A DNA stretch of 63,721 nucleotides, filler included, from Octopus bimaculoides (lineage: Eukaryota), in assembly GCF_001194135.2 (NCBI RefSeq). It is 9 parts of 9 records of this genome, joined end to end, with 100 filler letters (N's around TTAATTAATTAA, not from the genome) between each part and the next. Parts side by side here need not be neighbours in the genome. Positions count along the whole stretch, not along the records: positions 35,512 to 45,761 come from NC_069004.1; positions 45,862 to 49,511 come from NW_026315582.1; positions 49,612 to 59,632 come from NC_068985.1; 6 more parts are not named here. One strand, given 5' to 3'. Made by a program: the position numbers and the translations under genes. Shown here piece after piece: positions 37,589 through 49,649 of this stretch (position 1 is its first letter; each line of letters begins with the position of its first letter). A model generated the notes under the pieces. The model was given only the letters and a program-made list of their open reading frames with translations, had not been told where the DNA came from and made no database searches.

Positions 37589-38216
37589 NNNNNNNNNNNN
37601 NNNNNNNNNNNNNNNNNNNNNNNNNNNNNNNNNNNNNNNNNNNNNNNNNNNNNNNNNNNNNNNNNNNNNNNNNNNNNNNNNNNNNNNNNNNNNNNNNNNN
37701 NNNNNNNNNNNNNNNNNNNNNNNNNNNNNNNNNNNNNNNNNNNNNNNNNNNNNNNNNNNNNNNNNNNNNNNNNNNNNNNNNNNNNNNNNNNNNNNNNNNN
37801 NNNNNNNNNNNNNNNNNNNNNNNNNNNNNNNNNNNNNNNNNNNNNNNNNNNNNNNNNNNNNNNNNNNNNNNNNNNNNNNNNNNNNNNNNNNNNNNNNNNN
37901 NNNNNNNNNNNNNNNNNNNNNNNNNNNNNNNNNNNNNNNNNNNNNNNNNNNNNNNNNNNNNNNNATATTATAATATAACATAATATACTATGAATATAAT
38001 ATTACATATAAAATATTAAAACCCAAAATTCACTGACGTACCAGAGAATTAGATGTTTTACACATCCTTTTGAAGTAATTTCTTTCCTTAGTTTGTTACT
38101 GATATATATATAATTTATTCAATTATTCATAGATTATTTAAAATTCCCTATATTCAGCTCCCATGCGTGCAGATGTTTCATGTAGCATTCAACTTTAAAT
38201 TTAGTATGTGTGTGTT

Positions 38217-38274
<58 letters not shown>

Positions 38275-38940
38275 TTCATTCAGCAACAAAATCTAACAGA
38301 GTAAATGTAAAATTATGTAAGAATAACTGGACGAATTAAGACAACACAAAAGATGTACAATTTCTAAGCAGAAAACGGGACGCGTTTAGAATTAGACAAT
38401 GAAAAAGTTAATCCTCTTAGCTCATCGAAATTTTGCAGAATAATCCTGTCTATAGATGATAAAAATATGCATGGTCAATATTCATCTCACCTCGGCCAAC
38501 GTGGAACCCATTTCGTGGTCACTCAACCAGCTAGAAATAACAGTCAAATTATTTTTATATCACATATTATTTCTCTGTTCTCTTTAGCAAGGGGCTAACT
38601 GTACATTGAATTACGCTGTCCAGGTATGACTGCATCGTCAAGAAGCTTGTTCTGCAACTTCGGGGTTGCAGGTTCAATCTCATTGTACAGCACTTTAGGT
38701 AAGTTTAGTTTACCAAAGTGTCTTTTACTACAGCCCCAGTTGACCTATATTTTGTGAGTGAGTTAGATATTTGTCATAATAAACCAACAGAATAATAAGC
38801 AGACGTTAATCTAAAAACAAAAAAAACAAAAAAGACAAAGGTATAGGGGTCGAGATTTGTTCTATTAAAACCCTACAAGGCAGTCAATCCCTCAGCATGG
38901 TCGCAGTCCAATGATTGAAACTAGTAAAGGATAAAAATAC

Positions 38941-39017
38941 CTCAGAGATTCTGCGGTTGTGGTCAACGACCCACTTCGTTTGTTCCATTCACCGTCTTCC
39001 CCGTCATTGTCCGCCAT
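38941..39017 (-). CDS. Candidate first coding exon of an unidentified gene (MADNDGEDGEWNKRSGSLTTTAESL)
   Basis: Start context AAGATGGCGG, a small CpG-richer island, stop-free to a donor AG|GTATTT at 38940. No downstream exon identified. Confidence 0.3.
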
Positions 39018-39849
39018 CTTAATTTATTCACTCGAGCCATTTTCTGTATTAAATATCTTTTTTACCGATATATCCAACGGTATGTAGTTTTAGTCTTTAA
39101 CTCCCTCTTGTCTGACTGCTTTTTTTCCTGTTCTTCATTTTATGCTTGCTTCTGGCCTCTACATTTACTTTACATTTTTTTCTTACATTTCTTATTTTTT
39201 TATAATTTTTATTATTGTTAAAAGTTTATAATTTTTCGATACCTTAGCGTTCTCAATGTTATGTTATATTTTCAATAATTTTTTTCCCAATATTTTTCCA
39301 ATATTTTTTCTATACATTTATTACTTAGTTTTATATCCTTTCCAGTAGGCGTACCAATGGCCATATGATTAAGACGTTTGCTTCCGAATCACATTATTCT
39401 GTGTTTAGTCCCACTGCGTGGCACCTTGGGCAAGTGTCTTCTACTCTAGCCCCGGTCCGACCAAAACCTTATGAACGGAATTTAAAAAAGGAAACTGAAA
39501 GAGGCCCTTCGTATATATACATGTGTGTGTCATGCAGAAAAACACATTACAGTGACTCTCTTTTTACTTTTTTTTTGGTTCATAGGGTTATGCTCAAGGT
39601 GGCTCCGTCATTCACACGTACCATCCTTGCTACATTCACCCATCTTTTCTTGAACCATTCAGTAGACAGAACTTCCCTCTCTACTCATACCTTCCTCTTC
39701 AAGTGATACTTGAAGAAGTTGATGAGAGATTCACCAGAGAGTAAAGTGTTTGTCTCTATACATGTGTGTTTATGTGTAGGTGTGTATTATACATATACGC
39801 ACATACATACGTAAATACGTACATATATGTAGATGTTTTTACATATCTA

Positions 39850-39883
<34 letters not shown>

Positions 39884-41290
39884 CATACATGTGCATACAT
39901 ATGTGTGTGCCCGTGTGTGGGTGTGTGGGTGTGTGTGTATGTGTTCACGAGCGTGCACGTGTGTGGTCTGCAATGTTTTTCTAAGTCATTTCAACAATCT
40001 CAATGTTATGTTTTATGCAACCATATGAAAACAAGCGAATGTGGTTTCAAATTTATTTTCGTCTTTCCGCTGGCGGAGACAAAATGAATATAAATAATAA
40101 CTTCAAAAAAATGGAATATTTTTACTTTTCTTTACGCTTGTTTACATAAGATTTCGCTAGACTTAGCCAGGTTAACATTTTAAAACTAACCTAACAAAAT
40201 TGTTAAACTAACCTAAATACAATATTTCACTTTACCCAATAAACATATAGTAAAGCATAATTAATTAATTCATTTAATTAGGCGCTACAGTGGCTGTGTG
40301 GTAAGAAGCTTGCTTCCCAACCACATGATTCCCAGTTCAGTCCCACTAGCACCTTGGGTAAGTGTCTTCTGTTATAGCCTCGGGCCGACCAAAGCTTTGT
40401 GAGGGAATTTGGTAGATGGAAACTGAAAGAAGCCTGCCGTGTATATATATATATATCAAAATCTTCTAAAATATGGAGAAAAAGTAGTACCTTCTTCTGG
40501 GCCAATTTATAAATAAATTGGCCAATTGAATTTGCTACGCAGTCTGACGAGATTGAACCTGAAATACTTTCAAATTTCTTCAACATTACTTCCAATAACC
40601 GTTGCTGTTGTTGTTGTTGCTGTTGTAGTTGTTGTAACTACTGTTGTTGCTATTGCGACTGTACCACGCGGGCCAATACGTCTTCCATGCTAAATAATTT
40701 TTCCTTTGGTTTCGTACCAAGGAGGAAAAAAATCTGTTAAACGTCCTACGCAAGTTTCGAATATCTCGTCACCATTTTTATATCATGTCACTGGTTAGTT
40801 GTAGATAAACTATGCAACGGAGGTTTAATCAATGTCTTCACACGGCGTACCTCCCGAGACTACCAAAACGCTCTCTACTGACAGCTACCGACCTCTAACC
40901 TTCACAAGGGTTCGGCTACTCCATTCTCCAATCCGCCAGGGGTTTCAGTGACTCTCGTCATAACAGTTACATTGTAACGTTTTTTTTTCTTTTCGACGAA
41001 ATACACACAGCGGATTTAGAGAGAGTGTTAATATATTGGCTTTCAAAACATGACGTAAATCAAACTAGAAACCCAAAATAATTTGATAAATAGAGAATCA
41101 TTTCAACAGTTTGTAAAGTAAATGAAAGAAAACTTCTATATGCACAAATATATATTTATATAAATGTGTATACGTAGTGTGTGCCTATGGGAGAAAATTA
41201 AATAGAAAGGGACTTATATATAGACACATATAAATATATGTATATACAAATATATACATATTTACATATATGTGCATGTATATAAATACA

Positions 41291-41328
<38 letters not shown>

Positions 41329-42444
41329 TACATATATACATACATATATATATATATATATATANNNNNNNNNNNNNNNNNNNNNNNNNNNNNNNNNNNN
41401 NNNNNNNNNNNNNNNNNNNNNNNNNNNNNNNNNNNNNNNNNNNNNNNNNNNNNNNNNNNNNNNNNNNNNNNNNNNNNNNNNNNNNNNNNNNNNNNNNNNN
41501 NNNNNNNNNNNNNNNNNNNNNNNNNNNNNNNNNNNNNNNNNNNNNNNNNNNNNNNNNNNNNNNNNNNNNNNNNNNNNNNNNNNNNNNNNNNNNNNNNNNN
41601 NNNNNNNNNNNNNNNNNNNNNNNNNNNNNNNNNNNNNNNNNNNNNNNNNNNNNNNNNNNNNNNNNNNNNNNNNNNNNNNNNNNNNNNNNNNNNNNNNNNN
41701 NNNNNNNNNNNNNNNNNNNNNNNNNNNNNNNNNNNNNNNNNNNNNNNNNNNNNNNNNNNNNNNNNNNNNNNNNNNNNNNNNNNNNNNNNNNNNNNNNNNN
41801 NNNNNNNNNNNNNNNNNNNNNNNNNNNNNNNNNNNNNNNNNNNNNNNNNNNNNNNNNNNNNNNNNNNNNNNNNNNNNNNNNNNNNNNNNNNNNNNNNNNN
41901 NNNNNNNNNNNNNNNNNNNNNNNNNNNNNNNNNNNNNNNNNNNNNNNNNNNNNNNNNNNNNNNNNNNNNNNNNNNNNNNNNNNNNNNNNNNNNNNNNNNN
42001 NNNNNNNNNNNNNNNNNNNNNNNNNNNNNNNNNNNNNNNNNNNNNNNNNNNNNNNNNNNNNNNNNNNNNNNNNNNNNNNNNNNNNNNNNNNNNNNNNNNN
42101 NNNNNNNNNNNNNNNNNNNNNNNNNNNNNNNNNNNNNNNNNNNNNNNNNNNNNNNNNNNNNNNNNNNNNNNNNNNNNNNNNNNNNNNNNNNNNNNNNNNN
42201 NNNNNNNNNNNNNNNNNNNNNNNNNNNNNNNNNNNNNNNNNNNNNNNNNNNNNNNNNNNNNNNNNNNNNNNNNNNNNNNNNNNNNNNNNNNNNNNNNNNN
42301 NNNNNNNNNNNNNNNNNNNNNNNNNNNNNNNNNNNNNNNNTATATGTTGGTTGTAAGTTTTCAGCAATTTCTTATAATTATATATCTTTTATATATATCT
42401 GTATTGTTTAGCTTGTTTCATATATACATTTCAATATATGTCCT

Positions 42445-42492
<48 letters not shown>

Positions 42493-42494
42493 CA

Positions 42495-42830
42495 TATCTT
42501 AGACCCCCTTCGATCATGAATGACCATGGATTGCACCTAGAAACTTCCCCTCCAAGGCACAAGTCCGGGCAAGGTTGTTTTATGGGAAACCAGCAATCGC
42601 CCATGCATACCGGCCTCCGCTCTCCACGCCACCAGTGTTATCCAAGGGAAACGCAAAGGGGCCGATACAGCTTGGCCCTGTGATATCGCGACTCATTTCT
42701 ACAGCTGAGTGAACTGGAGCAACGTGAAATAAAGTGTCTTGCTCAAGAACACGACACGCAGCCCGGTCCGGGATTCGAACTCACAAGCTCACGATCGTAA
42801 GCTTGACGCTCTAACCACTGATCCATGCGC
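42495..42830 (-). mobile_element. tRNA-headed SINE, family D
   Basis: The minus strand has an A-box TCAGTGGTTAGAGCG and a B-box GAGTTCGAATCCCG, then GTGTCGTGTTCTTGAGCAAGACACTTTATTTCACG...CAGCTGTAGAAATGAG. Confidence 0.8.
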
Positions 42831-42859
42831 CATCACGCACACACACACACACACGCACG

Positions 42860-42890
<31 letters not shown>

Positions 42891-43523
42891 TTACGTATTG
42901 TTTCATTCTGTTTGTGTGTTTATATTAAGTGATCATGTCTTGACAAATGCATGTGTGAAATATTGTGAGTACNNNNNNNNNNNNNNNNNNNNNNNNNNNN
43001 NNNNNNNNNNNNNNNNNNNNNNNNNNNNNNNNNNNNNNNNNNNNNNNNNNNNNNNNNNNNNNNNNNNNNNNNNNNNNNNNNNNNNNNNNNNNNNNNNNNN
43101 NNNNNNNNNNNNNNNNNNNNNNNNNNNNNNNNNNNNNNNNNNNNNNNNNNNNNNNNNNNNNNNNNNNNNNNNNNNNNNNNNNNNNNNNNNNNNNNNNNNN
43201 NNNNNNNNNNNNNNNNNNNNNNNNNNNNNNNNNNNNNNNNNNNNNNNNNNNNNNNNNNNNNNNNNNNNNNNNNNNNNNNNNNNNNNNNNNNNNNNNNNNN
43301 NNNNNNNNNNNNNNNNNNNNNNNNNNNNNNNNNNNNNNNNNNNNNNNNNNNNNNNNNNNNNNNNNNNNNNNNNNNNNNNNNNNNNNNNNNNNNNNNNNNN
43401 NNNNNNNNNNNNNNNNNNNNNNNNNNNNNNNNNNNNNNNNNNNNNNNNNNNNNNNNNNNNNNNNNNNNNNNNNNNNNNNNNNNNNTATAGGCATGTATGT
43501 ATATTTATATATATTCATTTCTA

Positions 43524-43558
<35 letters not shown>

Positions 43559-44495
43559 TATATATATACATATATATACTAGCAGTTATACCCGTTATTA
43601 TATAGAGAGATTTACTCCTCCTGTATCTGTGTATTTTATAAGAAAAAAAACATGTAATAATAAGTAGAAAAAGATTAATTTCATACACGAACTTCTGTTT
43701 GTTTATTATATGACAATAATAAGTGAGTTGTATGTGTTATTTTATATATCAATACAGTAATAGCAATTATATAATACACAAGGCTTTGGTCGGCACTGAG
43801 TTGTAATGAAAGAGAACTGCCCAACGTGCCGCACAGTGGGACTGAACCCAAGGAGACATAGCTGGAAAGCATGCTTCTCAACCACACAGCCATGCCCATA
43901 AGGGGTAGGACGTTTTGTTTTCTTTTTTACTTTTGTCTTTACCTTTTCCTTTAATATATACCTGCTGATTCGGAAGCCTACTACGGATCCCTAGCTCCAG
44001 CCTCAAGTGTGAGCTTGGAACCAAACAGATGACCAATTATAGCACTTACGCAGCGTACCTATTCGTTTAGATTACCAGTGAACTAAATCCCTCACATACT
44101 ATATGTGTGTATGTATGTGTGTGTGTATGTATGCATGTATATGTATAACTAAGCTGAATTACAGAGTTGAGAACTTTAATTTGAATTTGTTAATTAACAG
44201 ATGTAATTAAGTGCACAGATGCCTTTCTACTGATTATGGAAAAGGCTGTCCTTTACAAGAAAATAACATCCCCCTATCTTATATATTTGTTTACCAAAGA
44301 CAGAACAAAAGATATTTGCAGGAACCAATGTTTAATATTACAGTTGATTAACTTAAACCACGTCAAACATAAGGAATGTACAGAAACATAGCAACAACAA
44401 CAAGGTAAACGCAAATACTATTGTATTACCTCATACATACATAGGGATAGATAGATAGATAGATAGGTAGATGTACAATACATACATATATACAT

Positions 44496-44534
<39 letters not shown>

Positions 44535-46252
44535 CATACATACATATATNNNNNNNNNNNNNNNNNNNNNNNNNNNNNNNNNNNNNNNNNNNNNNNNNNN
44601 NNNNNNNNNNNNNNNNNNNNNNNNNNNNNNNNNNNNNNNNNNNNNNNNNNNNNNNNNNNNNNNNNNNNNNNNNNNNNNNNNNNNNNNNNNNNNNNNNNNN
44701 NNNNNNNNNNNNNNNNNNNNNNNNNNNNNNNNNNNNNNNNNNNNNNNNNNNNNNNNNNNNNNNNNNNNNNNNNNNNNNNNNNNNNNNNNNNNNNNNNNNN
44801 NNNNNNNNNNNNNNNNNNNNNNNNNNNNNNNNNNNNNNNNNNNNNNNNNNNNNNNNNNNNNNNNNNNNNNNNNNNNNNNNNNNNNNNNNNNNNNNNNNNN
44901 NNNNNNNNNNNNNNNNNNNNNNNNNNNNNNNNNNNNNNNNNNNNNNNNNNNNNNNNTATATATATAATCTGTTATCTGTTATATTATTATAAGAATGTAA
45001 TATAGTATACTTTCAATGCAATAACTGTCAAAAAATTTGGAAGTCGTGTGAAGGATTGAAACGATACTTGAACACTCAAAATATAAGCAAGCAGAAATTG
45101 GACCCAATGCTGAAATGAGGCATTGCTCCAGCATGTGTGCTGAGCTCTTGAAATGTATTTCAGAGCTCAAAAACAAACTTGTGATATCACGCTTGGAAAG
45201 AACAATTATTGGTACAAGAAGAGGTCAAGTTCTGCAAGGAGCAGACAGCCACCATATATTGCTAACATTGTGCAGGTAAATTAACAAGATTATATAATGT
45301 TTCAGTCAGTAATTGTGTAACCCTGGCTGTTGTTTACCGAAACGATCGTATGTTTTATAAAGCATAAAATACCATATTTGTTGTCTCCTATTTCTTTATA
45401 CTACATATAATATTGTACTATTTATTTCTCTAAGTATATTTTAATTTATGCATGTCTATGTTTTGTCTGCTGGCGATAGGTTAAAACAATTGTTTTGATG
45501 ATTGTACCTATTGAGGCTGAGACACGTGTCCACAACTTTTCTCTCATCTCCAAGCAAGAGGAATATCGCTTTCATTAGTGGTATGTCGACTTCGGAGAAT
45601 TCTTGAGCTTTAAAATTTTCACCCATTCTCATATGGAGCTGCTGGCCTTCATTGCATTCGGTAACTGTGACACATCCTCTTGAGGCAGAGAAAATTTTAA
45701 TAAATCTAAAATTTATACTGCATGGTAGTATTTGATATACGTGTATTTCTCTGTGTTTCATNNNNNNNNNNNNNNNNNNNNNNNNNNNNNNNNNNNNNNN
45801 NNNNNTTAATTAATTAANNNNNNNNNNNNNNNNNNNNNNNNNNNNNNNNNNNNNNNNNNNNTTACTGGAACTCTGCAGAACTTTGCACGCAGAGCACACA
45901 TTTCCATTGATCCGATCTCTTCTAAATTTGAGATATTGTTCACTTCCATTGTATGCATGTCTGTGTCTGTTTATATATTTGTCTACATACATGCACGTAT
46001 GTACTTTTGAGTATGTATTTGCAGTTATCAGTGTGTATGTGTGTATATGGTATATGAGTTTGTATTTGTGTGAGTGTGTCCTGAGTGCAATTTTGTTGTT
46101 AAGGTCATAAGTTGAATTCAACAAGATCATCGTTTTTCATTATGTAGTTTCATGTTAATATTTAAAATATTCCATGATTTAATCAAGATAAACTTCAGAT
46201 ATTTTAGCAAAAGTTATTTCTTTGAACTCATCCAACATGAAACAGTAATATT

Positions 46253-46904
46253 AGATTGATGAAAATTTTAAATTCCAAAAGAATTTAGCGAATAATTGAA
46301 TTATAGTAGGATTGTATTTTTTAATTTTTGTTTAAGAATATATNNNNNNNNNNNNNNNNNNNNNNNNNNNNNNNNNNNNNNNNNNNNNNNNNNNNNNNNN
46401 NNNNNNNNNNNNNNNNNNNNNNNNNNNNNNNNNNNNNNNNNNNNNNNNNNNNNNNNNNNNNNNNNNNNNNNNNNNNNNNNNNNNNNNNNNNNNNNNNNNN
46501 NNNNNNNNNNNNNNNNNNNNNNNNNNNNNNNNNNNNNNNNNNNNNNNNNNNNNNNNNNNNNNNNNNNNNNNNNNNNNNNNNNNNNNNNNNNNNNNNNCCT
46601 ACAGGAGCCAGTCAGGCGGTACTGGCAACGGCCACGCTCAAAATGGTGCATCTCATGTGCCACCCGCACAAGAACCAGTCCAGGGGCACTGGCAACGATC
46701 TTACTTGGCTTGCCGGGTCTTCTCACGCACAGCCCATTTCCAAAGGTCTCGGTCCGTAGTCATCGCCTCGGTGAGGCCCAATGTACGAAGGTCTTGCCTC
46801 ACCACCTCAGCCCAGATTGATGAAAATTTTAAATTCCAAAAGAATTTAGCGAATAATTGAATTATAGTAGGATTGTATTTTTTAATTTTTGTTTAAGAAT
46901 ATAT
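46253..46904 (-). mobile_element. 5'-truncated RTE LINE 3' fragment (46599-46810) flanked by identical 91-bp direct repeats (46253-46343, 46814-46904)
   Basis: 46700-46808 is homologous to 8273-8380. AGATTGATGAAAATTTTAAATTCC...GTTTAAGAATATAT is present on both sides. Confidence 0.75.
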
Positions 46905-47577
46905 TTAATTCTTGCTTGAGAATAATTTTTAGCTTTTAAAGAGAGAATGCAGGTTTGACAACAAATGACAACATTTCTGACATAGTGGGAGCTTCATTCA
47001 ACTTCCCTGCAGTCACAATTACACATACATTTGAAAAACTCTGGGGAGATGTTTGGAATTTTGGTCGACACAAATAATTTTATAGTAAAATTGTCTTCCA
47101 TATTCTTAAGCAATACAATAGTTATGTCTGAAAAGATAAAGCAAAAACTTTTTCTAATTGGTTTAGTATGAAAGAAGCTGCGCCCATGGATTTTGTAATA
47201 TCTTGAAAAGCAGTGAGATGGATGTGGTTATTATTTGTCTTGGAAAGTTGCAAGGCAGCAGCTACAAGAAGATTTATGGAGGGAAGAAATTCCAAAATGA
47301 CAACATTCTAAGGTCATAAGAATGGTTATAGTGATTAGTGTGAAGTCTTGGGGAGTTAATTAGAAAAAGGAAGCGTACATGTGCATGAGACTAGTCAGCT
47401 CTGAGGAACAGAGGTCATTGTAGTAATGTTAGAGAAGACAGATAGAGGAGACAGTTCATTTGAGGACCGGGGATTTTGGGTTGGAGAGGGTAGAGTTGTG
47501 AATATTTGCATGAATAGCAACAGTATAAGTCAACAATTGATTGTTTGTTAAATCTGTAGTTTCTTGTCTCTTTCTAG

Positions 47578-47812
47578 GTTTTGAAACAGTCAGCACAGGA
47601 AATAACCAATCATCCAAATGTCGGTTGCTATATCTATGGTTTATTTGTCGAAGGTGCCAGATGGTCTGGAGATGAACACTGTTTGGTTGAAAGTAGACCT
47701 AAGGAACTTTTCACAGATATGGCTACCATCTGGTTGATCCCTATGTCTAACAAACCGCCATTGCTGTCTGGTATATACGAATGCCCTGTATATAAAACAC
47801 TCACCAGAGCAG
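47578..47812 (+). CDS. DNAH1: Axonemal dynein heavy chain (DNAH1-like), penultimate coding exon
   Basis: Acceptor TTGTCTCTTTCTAG|; VLKQSAQEITNHPNVGCYIYGLFVEGARW...ESRPKELFTDMATIWLIP...YECPVYKTLTRAG; donor GCAG|GTAAGA. Confidence 0.93.
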
Positions 47813-47993
47813 GTAAGAACATTCTTAGATTAATTACTTGGCCTTGTTTTATTAGTTTATATTTTCAGTAGTGAATTTATAAAGTGCACACAATGGCTAT
47901 GAGGTTAAGTTTAAACTTTATTAATTCTCCATTTTGTAGTTCTGTTTAAAATATTAAAATATTAAAATATATTTTCCTTTCTTTCTATTTCAG

Positions 47994-48115
47994 GAACTTT
48001 GTCTACGACTGGTCACTCAACTAACTTTGTATTTACAATTGAAATCCCAAGTAATGAAAAACAAAGTTACTGGGTGAAGCGAGGTGTGGCCTTGCTGTGT
48101 GCATTGAATTATTAA
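47994..48115 (+). CDS. DNAH1: Axonemal dynein heavy chain (DNAH1-like), final coding exon
   Basis: Acceptor CTTTCTATTTCAG|, phase-compatible, [40 protein letters not shown]. The [17 protein letters not shown] motif and ALxY end are typical of DNAH1. The intron 47813-47993 is 181 nt. Confidence 0.93.
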
Positions 48116-48138
48116 TCTTATCATTTGAATATATCAGA

Positions 48139-48144
48139 AATAAA
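48139..48144 (+). promoter_or_regulatory. Candidate polyadenylation signal of the dynein gene
   Basis: AATAAA 24 nt after the stop codon. Confidence 0.5.
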
Positions 48145-48249
48145 ATTGTTTCATTATTCTACTAATTTGATTGTGTTGCTCATCTCATTATTATCATTCT
48201 CAACATCATTGTTTTAGATACATCCCACATTAAAAAACACTGCATGAGC

Positions 48250-48965
48250 AACAGAGCGTGTCTTGAGAAGAAAGCTGGACATAAGAGGCATCAGGTGTGG
48301 TGTGCAAGAGAAATGACTATGCTGGTATGGTCATGTGGTGCATATGGATGAGAGCAGCTGTGTAAAGAAGCACCAATCTCTAACTGTGGTGGGAACCTGT
48401 GGAAGAGGTAGATCCAGGAAGACATGGGATGAGGTGGTGAAGCATGATCTTTGCGTGTTGGGCCTCACAGAGGTGATGACAAGTGACTGAGACCTTTGCT
48501 ATGCTTGAGAAGACTTATCAAACCAAATGAAATCATAGTCATGGACAATGCTGGTGTCATGTAAATGGCAGCCGTGAAATCGTAATTATGGCCATTGCTG
48601 GTAGAATAATCTTTGAATGTTGGGCCTCATGGAGGTGAGGGATGAAGTGATGAAGCATAATCTTCAAATGTTGGGCCTCACAGAGGCAATTACAATTAAC
48701 CAAGACCATGGCGATACGCTGTGTTATGTAAATGGCACCTGTGAAATTGTAGTTATGGTTGTTACTTGTGTCATATAATTAACACCTATGCTGGTGGCAT
48801 GTAAAAAGCACCCGTTACACTCTCAGAGTGGTTGGCATTAGGAAAGGCATCTAGCCATAGAAATCATGCCAAATCAGACTGGAGTCTGGTGCAGCTCTCA
48901 TACCAGTTCCATTCAAACCATGACAGCATGGAAAGCAGATGTTAAATGATGATGGTGATGACGAT
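48250..48965 (+). mobile_element. RTE LINE 3' end with internally triplicated segment and 3' UTR
   Basis: Reads RKLDIRGIRCGVQEK*LCWYGHVVHMDESSCVKK...GTCGRGRSRKTWDEVVKHD. The TGTTGGGCCTCA unit recurs at ~48456, ~48619 and ~48670. Confidence 0.85.
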
Positions 48966-48969
48966 GATA

Positions 48970-49510
48970 TACAGGGTGGGACAGAGAGGACGGACGTTTT
49001 TGAAATGGCTATTACTCAGTCCCAGGGGGAGAGACATATGTCCGATAGGTACCATTCGGTTTGTGGTGTCTTTGTATTTTTTCTCTTTTCAGCTGTGCTG
49101 TAGATGATAGAGGTTCATGTGTTTGCTTACAACAGTTGTGAAGGATAACAAGTCTGTCACAGCAGTTCAGTGTGAGTTTTGGCACCACTTCAGCATTCAC
49201 CGAAATCAGTCTGTTCCCATCTGTAACACAATCTTATGTTAGGTGAATGCACTTCTTACATGAGGTACACTAACGAATAGGAGACTGGTGGGGGTGCTAT
49301 GAACAGTACAGACCCCCCAGAAAATATGAAATGCATCAGACAAGCTTTGATATGAAGTCTGAATCGCTCTGTTTGGAGACATTCCACTGAACTTGGCATC
49401 AGTAATTTATTGGTAAGGCATATTTTACATGAAGGCATGCATTTCCACCTGAACAAATTATCCATTGGGCAACACTTGAAACCATGGGACTATGCACAGT
49501 GACTTAACTT
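48970..49510. mobile_element. Possible Tc1/mariner-superfamily remnant
   Basis: TA followed by CAGGGTGGGACAG resembles a terminus; the interior is a degenerate coding-like sequence. Confidence 0.35.
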
Positions 49511-49649
49511 TNNNNNNNNNNNNNNNNNNNNNNNNNNNNNNNNNNNNNNNNNNNNTTAATTAATTAANNNNNNNNNNNNNNNNNNNNNNNNNNNNNNNNN
49601 NNNNNNNNNNNACACACACACACATATATATATATGCATATGTGGGCAC

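Noticed and set aside
42760-42825. tRNA-like sequence with A and B boxes
   Set aside because: It continues directly into a SINE body and has no complete acceptor stem, so it is a SINE head rather than a tRNA gene. The same applies to the other SINE heads.
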